From Octopus sinensis (lineage: Eukaryota), in the NCBI RefSeq assembly GCF_006345805.1, contig NW_021833485.1:1-28806 (forward strand): a DNA stretch of 28,806 nt. Direction: 5' to 3'. The notes beneath the pieces are model-generated. The model had not been told where the DNA came from and did no database searches. It saw only the letters and a list, made by a program, of their open reading frames with translations. Numbering within the stretch: position 1 is the stretch's first letter; every line of letters starts with the position of its first letter. Of this stretch, positions 10,476 through 20,947 are shown in pieces. The translations under genes were made by a program, and so were the position numbers.

Positions 10476-11057
10476 CCTGGAGAGGGATGACTGCACCCTC
10501 CTACCAACGACCCCCAAAGGGTTAAGGGTCTTGTCAAAATTGTCAAGCTGAATGTAATTTAGTTGCTATTTCTAACAGGTCAAAAAAGCACGCGGAGGAA
10601 GTCTCGTCGAGCGTACGTACATTAATCAGACACATGCGAAAAACGTACAAAGATCACATATCTTCCTTCCACATAGATATTTACCTAAATTAAGAGCCAG
10701 CGTTCTTAAATTATAAAGGTTTCGTGAAAATGAATAAAGTTTACATGGATCAATATTTTTATCCGTTCAACTGTTTTATTGACAAAAGTCAACCAAATTA
10801 ATTGAAGACACGCCAAAAAAAAATCTTAACGAATTCAATTGAACTTGTAATAACATTTTTAAAGCAGACAGAAAAAGGAAAGAAAAAAATTAAATATCCA
10901 AATAAATGGAATTGGTAGTAATTCTTGCTATGAACATTACAATATCAGACTTAGAATATTTTTTTATATTTTGGAATTAGTGTATTCTTGTAATTGTTGT
11001 TGGTGTTTACTTTGTGTAAAGGTGTGGTAAGGATTATGTGATCGTGTGCATACGAAC

Positions 11058-11425
11058 GTCTGTATGTATGTATGTATGTATGTATGTATGTATGTATGTA
11101 TGTATGTATGTATTATGTATGTATGTATGTATGTATGTATGTATATATATGTATATATGTATGTATGTATATATGTATGTATATATGTATGTATGTATGT
11201 ACGCATGTATGTATGTATGCATGTATGTGTGTATGTATGCATGTACGTATGTATGTATGTATATATGTATATATGTATGTTTATTTGTATGTATGTGTGT
11301 GTATGTATGTATGCATGTATGTATGTATGCATGTATGTATGTATGTATGCATGTATGTATGTTGTTACGTGTATTTGTGTGTTTGAGTGTGTGTGTGTTT
11401 GTGTGTGTATGTGTGAGTGTGTGCG
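11058..11425. repeat. (TATG)n/(TG)n array
   Basis: Direct; source of the MYVC/HTYI ORFs. Confidence 0.95.
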
Positions 11426-11777
11426 CGGATAACCAGGTCTTTCGGGGTTCCCTTGTGGGACTACTATTTGGTGATGTTTAAGATGGAGTAACACGTGATA
11501 CGTGTCGGTTCATAGACTACATCTATTTTCGGTTGATCTGAGGTAAAAGAATAAAAAAAAACCCCACAAATTTCTTCCTTTTTCGTTTTGATTTTATGAT
11601 ATGGGACTTTGACATGGAGTATGTCCAGCATTTAAACAACGTACATATAGAGAAAAAAGAACAAAGGACGAGGAGCAGAAGCAAGGAAATATAAAAAGGA
11701 GATTACGTTAGGAAAGAATATTAGAGAAGAACAAGGAATATAAAAATCTAAGAAAACAAAAATATATATACATATAT

Positions 11778-12101
11778 GAGGGCGCGTGGCTTAGTGGTTT
11801 GGGCACTCGGCTCAGGATCGTAAGGTTGTGAGTTCGATTCCCGGCGACGCGTTGTGTCCTTGAGCAAGACACTTTATTTCACGTTGCTCCAGTCCACTCA
11901 GCTGGCAAAAATGAGTTGTACTTGTATTTCAAAGGGTCAGCCTTGTCACTCTCTGTGTCACGCTGATTATCCCCGAGAACTACGTTAAGGGTACACGTGT
12001 CTGTGGAATGCTCAGCCATCTGCACGTTAATTTCACGAGCAAGCTGTTCCGTTGATCGTATCAGCTGGGACCCTCGTCGTCGTAACCGGCGGAGTCTTTT
12101 A
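11778..12101 (+). mobile_element. SINE family C, full length
   Basis: A-box TGGCTTAGTGG and B-box GAGTTCGATTCCC; flanked by ATATATACATATAT at 11764-11777 and 12102-12115 (possible TSD, but low complexity). Confidence 0.85.
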
Positions 12102-12282
12102 ATATATACATATATAAGGCGCAGGAGTGGCTGTGTGGTATGTAGCTTGTTTACCAACCACATGGTTCCGGGTTCAGTCCCATTGCGTGGCACCTTGAGC
12201 AAGTGTCTTCTACTATAGCCCCGGGCCGACCAATGCCTTGTGAGTGGATTTGGTAGACGGAAACTGAAAGAAGCCCGTCGTA

Positions 12283-12367
<85 letters not shown>

Positions 12368-12371
<4 letters not shown>

Positions 12372-12612
12372 AAGGGTGAAAAGGAACACACGAGTTGATA
12401 TATATGAAAAAACAAGTCGAAATAGAAAATGCTAAAATAATTTTATAAAGAACATTTCAGTACCGGTTTCGGTCATTTTGAGACCTTTTCAACTGTAACG
12501 ATTAAATAATTAAATTTAGAAAAATTAAAAGAAAAGTTTTTTTTAAAGGAATATTTGTATAGTGTTCAAAAATAAGTGGCATTCTGCCTTTCTCTGTCTC
12601 CCTTGTTTGCAC
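12368..12612 (-). mobile_element. Nested insert, probable Penelope-like element terminal-repeat fragment
   Basis: Absent from the 4337 copy, abuts (TA)n and carries a minimal hammerhead motif. The Penelope assignment is inferred from that motif. Confidence 0.55.
12453..12500 (-). ncRNA. Minimal type I hammerhead ribozyme motif, U3-A8 core variant
   Basis: Minus strand: CGUUACAG-UUGAAAA-GGUC(ucaaaau)GACC-GAAAC-CG-GUA-CUGAAAUG. Stem I pairs at 7 of 8 positions (one G-U), stem II has 4 bp, stem III is the palindrome ACCGGU. Activity untested. Confidence 0.6.
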
Positions 12613-12845
12613 TTGTGTGTTATGCGTGTGTGCGTTTGTGTGTCTGTGTTTGTCCCCCTGGCATTGCTTGACAACCGATGCTGGTGTGTTTATGTCGCTG
12701 TTACTTAGCGGTTCGGCAAAAGAGACCGATAGAATAAGTACTGGGATTACAAAAGAATAAGTCCCGGTGTCGAGTTGATCGATTAAAGGCGGTGCTCCAG
12801 CATGGCCGCAGTCAAATGACTGAAACAAGTAAAAGAGAAAAGTGT

Positions 12846-12910
12846 AAGGTGTGGCTGTGTGGTAAGAAGCTTGCTTCCCTGAAACAGAATTCCGGTTTCA
12901 GTCCCCCCCC
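12846..12910 (+). mobile_element. SINE family B head fragment
   Basis: gtggctgtgtggtaagaagcttgcttcc...ttccggtttcagtccc matches the heads at 4337 and 12117. Confidence 0.7.
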
Positions 12911-13091
12911 CAAAAAAAATTCATGTCTTGAATTGTCTTTAACGTAAAAGAAGCTGACCGTAGGAATACAATGGAATTCCGATGATCCCGGGCACTTCTT
13001 TCTCTCTTTCCCTAACCGAACGTTCAAAAGTTCACTATGTATAAATGCTAGCACAGAGATACGCGCTGGTATGTACGCACGCCTATATATC

Positions 13092-13144
<53 letters not shown>

Positions 13145-14334
13145 TTTAGAAGCTTTGGAGATGATGTACAAGTATTTCATATTAGAAGAAATGAGGTACT
13201 CAGAAATTCGGATGGTTTTATATTTACAGATATTTATTTGTATATTACATCTTTTTATACATCATATATCATATATCATATATTAGCGCGTTCGTCCATT
13301 TTAGTGGAGTTTTCAAATATATACATACATATACATTCATACATATATATACATGTAGATAGATAGATAGATACATACATACATACACACATGCATACAT
13401 GCATACAAATAACAAAAGAACATTCTCTTCCAGATTAATAAAAAGACATGAAATTTTCCTTTAAAAATCATATCTGATGAGTCTTGAAAACGAACGAGAT
13501 GAAAGCGCGTAAAAAAATAGAAAGAAAATAACATATAGGAGAAAGCAAAACATTTATGGTTCCGTTTTTACACTTGGCTTCACAGATAGGCCTGTAGAGG
13601 AGATAGTGTGTCACTGAAGGAATTGCTATGGCTACGAAATGAGTTTAATAAGTATAATTGATTGATTGATTAATTAAAGTATTAACCACACAATCGATTA
13701 GTTAACTAGTTAATTGATTGAAAAGTTCACCAATTGACAAATAAATAATAAAGAAGTGAAATGCAGCCAATGTATGTGTGTGTGTGTTTATTGGTGTGAT
13801 GGCCGTCCCGAGATTCAAGAAGGATTATTTATCGTCTCATGTTCAAACAAAAGGTAATTTAAATGGCGGATTTTATATAATAAAGCACTATAAACGCCAC
13901 CATTTTATGAAAATTTACGGTCTCTTGAAAATGTTTCGTTTAGTGGAAGAAACGTTACCTTGGAAGTATACTTAGCATTACAATATCTAAGACTTGTTAT
14001 CTTATTGGATAAGCAAACTTTTGTTATTTGAGTAAAACACCGAATATGGAAAGAAGGAAAAGATAGGAAAAAAATGGAAAACAAATTGACAATATTTCAT
14101 TGGTTTTAGCTTCATTTTAAATTATGAAGTATATATAATATTCACACACATCCCTACTCACACACAGACATACACATACACACTCACACACACTTATACA
14201 CACACATACTAACGCATACACTCATACACTAACGCAATCACACATATGCATAAACTTATGCTCAAACGTTGACATATTCATATACACACTTCTATGCATG
14301 CTTATTCCTTACAAAGATTAATTCTTTGTATGCC

Positions 14335-14420
14335 GAGTATTTATTCTATCGATCTCTTTTTGCCGAGCCGCTAAGTGGCGGGGACATACAACCACCAACA
14401 TCTGTTGTCAAGACGGAGAC
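14335..14420 (-). mobile_element. SINE family B internal fragment
   Basis: ttattctatcgatctctttttgccgagccgctaagt..gttgtcaag is the reverse complement of 12665-12735. Confidence 0.7.
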
Positions 14421-14434
14421 AGTCAGAAAAAACA

Positions 14435-14466
<32 letters not shown>

Positions 14467-14564
14467 CGCGCACTCTTTAATCCTTTACTTGACCTTTACT
14501 TCCTGCCTGTCTGTCTTCCTCTCTACCTGTCTCTCTCCTTCTTATTTTTCACCCTTTCTGGTTT

Positions 14565-14570
14565 ATTTTC

Positions 14571-14607
<37 letters not shown>

Positions 14608-14665
14608 TGTCTCTCTCTCTCTGTCTCTCTCTGTCTCTCTCTCTCTCTCACTCCTCCTCTCTCTG
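14565..14665. repeat. (CT)n microsatellite
   Basis: Direct. Confidence 0.92.
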
Positions 14666-14702
14666 GCCGCTCACCAGACTACTAACTTTCTTTCGCTCGC
14701 AG

Positions 14703-14755
14703 ATTTCAACAAGTCAACACCGACTTCTTCTGTCTCTAGCAAGTCGATTTTCTGA
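14703..14755 (+). CDS. Candidate terminal coding exon (xFNKSTPTSSVSSKSIF*)
   Basis: Branch-point-like ACTAAC, pyrimidine tract and cag| at 14690-14702. No homology recognised. Confidence 0.15.
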
Positions 14756-15157
14756 ATTGCGCTCCAACGAATTTTTTCACCGTCTAGGTTTAAAAACGCC
14801 CTCAATGTTGGTTTCCTTGTCCTGTTTTTATTCTTTATGTGTACTGTATTTCTATTTGTATTGCTTTTACGTCCTGTTCTTGTCACTTTTTTCTTTCCTT
14901 TTTTTACCCCTCTGCAAAAGAATTTTATTTAATTCATTTTGCAGAAGGACTGCTTCGACGGATCGTGTTCTGCCCTTACCTTCGAAACACGCATTGAGTC
15001 GAACCAGGGGCAGCTGATGAAGGGGAATATTCCTTGTATTGTTTGTCTTGTACTCTTTGTCTTGTACTTTTTTTCGTTGTTAAAAAAGTCCGTTTCCTTG
15101 TTTGTTTTTATGTTTTCGTTTCTCGTTGTGTTCTACGTTTATTTGTGGTGTCCTGTA

Positions 15158-15159
<2 letters not shown>

Positions 15160-15203
<44 letters not shown>

Positions 15204-15277
15204 TTTATATATACATATAGATGTAGGTATGTACATATATGTATCTATGTATGCATATGTTTTATTTGTTAAATTGT

Positions 15278-15312
<35 letters not shown>

Positions 15313-15486
15313 CACACACACACACACACAAACACACACTAACGCACGCACATTGACACATATATGCATATGAATAAATATATATACATGCATCGAACAG
15401 GTGAGTACTTACAAGCATACATTCATAAGATATATATATATATATATATGTACATACATACATATTCATACATATACATACATATA

Positions 15487-15525
<39 letters not shown>

Positions 15526-15571
15526 CATATATATATATATGTATATATATATATGTATATATATATATGTA

Positions 15572-15619
<48 letters not shown>

Positions 15620-15900
15620 ACATATATGCATACATATACACGCACATACACACATAGATATATACATACATAAATATAATATATATATATGTATGTATAT
15701 ATATGTGCGTATGTTCGTATATATATATATATATATATATAATTATATATATAATATATATATATATATTATATATATAAATATATATATATATATGCAT
15801 ACATATATGGAAGCATACATACATATACATTTACGAAAAAAAACAGTAGATACACATACATAGACACACACACACACACAATCACACACATATACGCACA
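15160..15900. repeat. Long compound (TA)n/(CA)n/(TACA)n region
   Basis: Direct. Confidence 0.9.
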
Positions 15901-16313
15901 TAACACAGAAAGTGTCTTTCTGATCCAAATTGTCCTTGAGTTAAATATATGCCTCAATATAACGTATAGAATACTTCATACACTTCATATATTGGAAGAT
16001 AATATAATTATTGTTTAATATTCTGGTATAGGCTGAATCAATGGAACCATTGAAATGGCGAATGCCTAACGTTTGCCGTATTCTGTGAAAACCTAGATTT
16101 TTTGTGATGGTGAATTCTCTTCGTACGCTTCGTTTGCTGGAATATGGTACGTTTGAGAGCATTTGATTCGGTAGTGATGACAGAAATATATGTAGTATAG
16201 AGGGGAAAAGGAGAGGGGGAAACAGAGAGAGAAAGAGAGAAAGAGAGAGGGAGAAGGAGAATGACAGAGAGAGAGAGAGAGAGAAGGAGACAGATTGAAA
16301 AATAAATCGAGAT

Positions 16314-16376
<63 letters not shown>

Positions 16377-16429
16377 CATAGATAGACAAGCAGACAGATA
16401 GATAAATAGATAGATTGATATATATATAG

Positions 16430-16740
16430 GTTTCTTTATTAGCCACACAGGGCTGCACACAGACAGGACAAATTACAAGGTAGAGCTTTTCTTTTGGGGG
16501 TAAAAAGAGGGGGTTTGGTTTTCGATCAAAAGGGATCGTAAAAGGAAAGAAAGAGGACAAAAAAGGGGGGATAAAAAAAAGGGGTGGAAGGGAAAGGAAA
16601 AAAAATCGATCAATAGGGATCGTTATCACAGAAATGTCAATATGAAGTGTAAAGGGGAGGACAGGTGAGGTTTACCCGTGGAAAGAAAAGCCTACGGAAA
16701 AGACCACGGTAACCTCGGTCAATGAAGTCACATGTTATAT
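16430..16740 (-). mobile_element. Probable 3' UTR/end of a non-LTR retroelement inside the (GATA)n array
   Basis: Minus strand ends GTGTGCAGCCCTGTGTGGCTAATAAAGAAAC (AATAAA signal) followed by simple repeats; the same 34 bp recur at 17528-17561. No coding remnant seen, so clade not assigned. Confidence 0.45.
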
Positions 16741-16819
16741 TTCTTTTTTTCTTGCAAATATATAGAAAGATAGATAAATAGATGGATAGATAGATAGATA
16801 TATAGTAAGACAGACAAGC

Positions 16820-16872
<53 letters not shown>

Positions 16873-16891
16873 TATAGTAAGACAGACAAGC

Positions 16892-17007
<116 letters not shown>

Positions 17008-17046
17008 GTACAGACAGATAGACAGACAGAGAGACAGACAGATAGG

Positions 17047-17148
<102 letters not shown>

Positions 17149-17160
17149 TAGATAGATAGG

Positions 17161-17208
<48 letters not shown>

Positions 17209-17223
17209 ATGAGAGACAGACAA

Positions 17224-17315
<92 letters not shown>

Positions 17316-17317
17316 GT

Positions 17318-17348
<31 letters not shown>

Positions 17349-17401
17349 CAGAAAGATAGATAAATAGATGGATAGATAGATAGATAGTAAGACAGACAAG
17401 C

Positions 17402-17468
<67 letters not shown>

Positions 17469-17469
17469 C

Positions 17470-17526
<57 letters not shown>

Positions 17527-17527
17527 T

Positions 17528-17561
17528 GTTTCTTTATTAGCCACACAGGGCTGCACACAGA
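17528..17561 (-). mobile_element. Second copy of the same 34-bp 3' terminus
   Basis: Identical to 16430-16463. Confidence 0.6.
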
Positions 17562-17589
17562 TAGAACATGAGAGACAGACAATAGATAG

Positions 17590-17651
<62 letters not shown>

Positions 17652-17784
17652 TGAATGTTGGTAGGTAGGAACAAAGATAGAAAAAGAACACACAAAAGGG
17701 GACACATACATGTGAGGCAGATTTGTATCAAATTAAAAGAGAGACGAGTTAGACGGGTTTCAGTCAAATATTAAGCGTGATTGT

Positions 17785-18014
17785 GGAGGCAAATGGCCTA
17801 GTGGTTAGAGTACTGGACCCGCAGTCGAGAAATCGCGGGTTCGAATCTCAGACCGGGCGCTGTGTGTGTTTATGAGCGAAACACCTAAACTTCCACGTGG
17901 CTCCGGCAGAATGTAATGGCGAACTTCTGCTGACTCTCTCGCCACAACGTTCTCTCTTTCTTTCCTCCTGCATCTGCGACGGACCGGCGTCCCGTCCAGA
18001 TGGGGAACCTATAT
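17785..18014 (+). mobile_element. SINE family D-related copy with a different 3' tail
   Basis: A-box TGGCCTAGTGG, B-box GGTTCGAATCTC (17838) and body cagaccgggcgctgtgtgtgtttatgagcgaaacacctaaa shared with the 7848 copy. Confidence 0.78.
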
Positions 18015-18065
18015 CTCCTTAATTTTACACCCTACTATCTTAAAAATAGGACAGTGTAGAGTATA

Positions 18066-18268
18066 CAATAATCCCTCGCCGTATCGCGGTTCACCTATCG
18101 CGAACTCAGTACATCGCGGATTTTTCTAGCTAATATATGTAAATTTATATCGCGGACTCCTCACTAAATCCGGGTTTCTGCGACCAATAGATATTTATAT
18201 ATTTTAGATTTTAATTATATCTGTGAAAATTTTGGAACGTAATGCCCGCGATAGTTCAGGAATTACTG
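18066..18268 (+). mobile_element. pogo/Tigger-like MITE, 203 bp, flanked by TA
   Basis: TA|CAATAATCCCTCGCCGTATCGCGG ... CCGCGATAGTTCAGGAATTACTG|TA: imperfect TIRs of about 23 bp and a TA duplication. Confidence 0.75.
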
Positions 18269-18659
18269 TATAACTCCCCAGGCCCGAGATGGTCGGGGAT
18301 TTAATATCTATGACTTCAATCTTTTTCAAACAGAACTTATAAGGCATTAAACAACTGTTCTTTTCAAATACCCGACAGCAAAAATCTGATCTCGTGGAAC
18401 TTGCACGCAACAGTTCCACACGCTCCGACTAATGACCGTCATGCTCTTTCTTTCACTGAGCAACAGAAATGTAGCAAAAATGCATTTGTTGTTTTTGACT
18501 CATATTTTCAGATAAATAACGGAATGAAATATGAAATATTATCTATTGTGGTGAGAATGTAGAGCTTGTCCATTTTTCAAGATATGCTAGCTACAGATCT
18601 GTATAACTTGATAGTCACGATATATCACTAACTTATGGCTTCGTTTAGGCGGTGAATTA

Positions 18660-18746
18660 TGGCTAAACTTTGCTAATATATCGTATATATCGTATATATA
18701 TATATATACTAACCCCAAGATTCTGAGTTCGATTCCAGGCAGTGAT

Positions 18747-18789
<43 letters not shown>

Positions 18790-18867
18790 TAATAATAATA
18801 ATAATAATAAAGATGATGATGATGATGATGATGATGAGATGATGATGATGATGATGATGATGATAAT

Positions 18868-18922
<55 letters not shown>

Positions 18923-19070
18923 CCATCGAAAAATACCTTAGGAATGAGAACCCAGGTTCGAAATTTACCCAACATACCTGATGAAGGCTGGAAGGTATAT
19001 CAGCCGAAACGTTGTGTTAACGACAAACAAGATGAGGACAAATATCAGTCAAATGTAAATAACGTAAATG
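18660..19070 (+). mobile_element. Composite non-autonomous element: B-box-like head, (TAA/TGA)n linker and hammerhead-bearing tail
   Basis: AGTTCGATTCC at 18726-18736, (TAA)n-(TGA)n-(TAA)n at 18750-18920 and hammerhead at 18971-19018. Treating these as one element is inference; boundaries approximate. Confidence 0.5.
18971..19018 (+). ncRNA. Minimal type I hammerhead ribozyme motif
   Basis: AUAC-CUGAUGA-A-GGCUG(gaagguauau)CAGCC-GAAAC-GUU-GUGU: intact core, extra A before a 5-bp stem II, loopless palindromic stem III (AACGUU) and 4-bp stem I. Activity untested. Confidence 0.7.
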
Positions 19071-19409
19071 AAGTATATGTATCGTTACGTATAAAAAGAA
19101 CTATACGTGTGTGTATGTGTGTGTTTTAATGTATGTATGTATGTCAATGATTGGCATATTATATCTTGTGGAACAACGAAGTCATTTCTAATTTCTAGTA
19201 CGTTATACATTTTAAATGAGGAGACACGAATTTAGCATTGCCGCCAGGAAAATATATTTTACTCATCCGTCTGAATAGACAGAGATATATACTGTAAATC
19301 GGCATCATACCGGAAGCATACTAACAGGCACCATAGATGTAACGAACAAGAAGTTCCTACAGAAAATATCTTTATTATTATATCAACAGGCGTCAAAGAG
19401 AAGGAAGCC

Positions 19410-19452
19410 ACACACACACATACATACATACATACATACATACATACATACA

Positions 19453-19486
<34 letters not shown>

Positions 19487-19495
19487 CATACATAT
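19410..19495. repeat. (CA)n-(ACAT)n microsatellite
   Basis: Direct. Confidence 0.92.
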
Positions 19496-19670
19496 AGTGA
19501 GAATTTACAAAAAAGAAAAGACGAAGACGGGTGTGTAAAGAACAAACAGATGTATTAGTTTAACGCTTGGGAAGTGAGAAAGTCGTTTACGTTTCGAGCC
19601 TACGCTCTTCGACAGGAAGGGACACAGAAATAAACAGGGAGAGAAAACAGAAAAGTCTTAGTGGCTAACG

Positions 19671-19672
<2 letters not shown>
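19496..19672 (-). mobile_element. Probable Penelope-like terminal-repeat remnant with degenerate hammerhead-like motif
   Basis: Minus strand CUGUCGA-A-GAGC(guag)GCUC-GAAAC-GUA at 19588-19615; A6 is substituted and stem I pairs poorly; lies between (ACAT)n and (TA)n. Confidence 0.4.

Positions 19673-19730
<58 letters not shown>
19673..19730. repeat. Perfect (TA)n
   Basis: Direct. Confidence 0.95.
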
Positions 19731-19731
<1 letters not shown>

Positions 19732-20117
19732 ATTAAAGATATAGGGTGAAAGATAATTAATTTAATTAATTAATTTTCAGTATGTGGTCAAGCAAAACTC
19801 TTATTGTTATAATTATATATATATATATACGAGAAAAAAGCAACAAGAATGGATTAGTTTTTCAGTACAATTGTTTCATACGAAGATAAGCTTTATTAAA
19901 AGCTGCAAATATTGCAGCAAATAGGAAACAATGGTACTGAAAAACTAATCCATTCTTGTTGCTTTTTTCTCGTTTATAATCACCCCATATTATTGTATGG
20001 TTAATACCATATAGTTGTCTGGGGCATCTTAGATAAGTACCGCATTCAAGTGAATTCAATAGAACTCACTTGAATCTTAATTTCTTTTACTATATATACA
20101 TGTCAAGTTATATCTCT

Positions 20118-20285
20118 TTTTTCTGTTTTACTTGTTTTAGTGATTAGACTTCGGCCATGCTGGGGCACTGCTTTGAAGAAATTTTGGTCGAATGAATCGA
20201 CCCCATTATATAGTACATATTCTCTCGTTATTTTCTTTGTTTTTTTTTTGTGCCGAAATGTTAAGTTACGGGGACAAAATCATTT
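20118..20285 (-). mobile_element. Degenerate SINE family B tail fragment
   Basis: ttttacttgttttagtgattagacttcggccatgctggggcactgc and aagttacggggac match the tail in reverse complement. Confidence 0.7.
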
Positions 20286-20387
20286 TAACATTAAACTGAA
20301 AGATTACTCGATACGTGTTTAGTAGAGTACGTATCTATTAGCCTTTACAGTGGAAAGATTGATAGTGCCTTCGAAATTTAGACTTAC

Positions 20388-20514
20388 TTGCCTTTATCAA
20401 ACTGATGCCCATGTGTATGATAAGTTGAAGACGGGAGGGATGGCTTCTCTTTGCAATACTGATAGGGCACAGAAAGTGTGTCTAAAGCCAGCTGGAGGAG
20501 GTGTCCTCCCGGGG
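20388..20514 (-). CDS. Candidate 127-nt exon (PGGHLLQLALDTLSVPYQYCKEKPSLPSSTYHTHGHQFDKG), unidentified
   Basis: Minus-strand acceptor gtttgtag| and donor CAA|gtaagt; one open frame; GC higher than background. No homology recognised. Confidence 0.2.
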
Positions 20515-20623
20515 CTACAAACTACAGTAACATCCACCCTTAGGGGTTAGCCGTATTTAACTGGCAAATATACCTCACGATGTGTCGCAGCTACTGTTTA
20601 TAACTCGCTCTAAGATTTATTAT

Positions 20624-20662
<39 letters not shown>

Positions 20663-20691
20663 TACATACATACATATATATACAAGAAACT

Positions 20692-20947
20692 GGAACATAA
20701 AGACAGACAAAATACCTATTTCTTTACTACCCACAAGGGGTTAAACACAGAGGGGACAAACAAGGACAGACAAAGGGATTAAGTCGATTATATCGGCCCC
20801 AGTGCGTAACTGGTACTTAATTTATCGACCCGAAAGGATGAAAGGTAAAGTCGACCTCGGCGGAATTTGAACTCAGAACGTAACGGCAGACGAAATACCG
20901 CTAAGCATTTCGTCCGGCGTGCTAACGTTTCCTCCAGCTCACTGCCT
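20692..20947 (-). mobile_element. SINE family A full unit plus the start of a second tandem unit
   Basis: Close match to 397-772 including the tail ggtagtaaagaaatagg, followed by tattttgtctgtctttatgttc (body restart). Confidence 0.88.

Larger units (their letters stand above)
12117..12838 (+). mobile_element. SINE family B, full length, interrupted in its internal microsatellite by an insert of about 245 bp
   Basis: Head and body 12117-12285 and tail 12613-12838 are collinear with the uninterrupted copy at 4337-4725. Confidence 0.88.

Noticed and set aside
10579-10612. Possible plus-strand exon VKKARGGSLVE
   Set aside because: Weak donor, and from memory the context resembles a dispersed repeat.
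10964-11494. MYVC/HTYI-repeat ORFs, and similar YI-repeat ORFs elsewhere
   Set aside because: (TATG)n and (TA)n artefacts.
13798-13852. Possible first exon MAVPRFKKDYLSSHVQTK|gtaatt
   Set aside because: No promoter evidence or homology; expected by chance in 29 kb.
16490-16600. G-rich runs as a G-quadruplex
   Set aside because: Four G3+ tracts are not spaced closely enough; the loops are long and A-rich.
18394-18419. Small hairpin GTGGAACT...AGTTCCAC
   Set aside because: An isolated 8-bp stem with no recognisable context.
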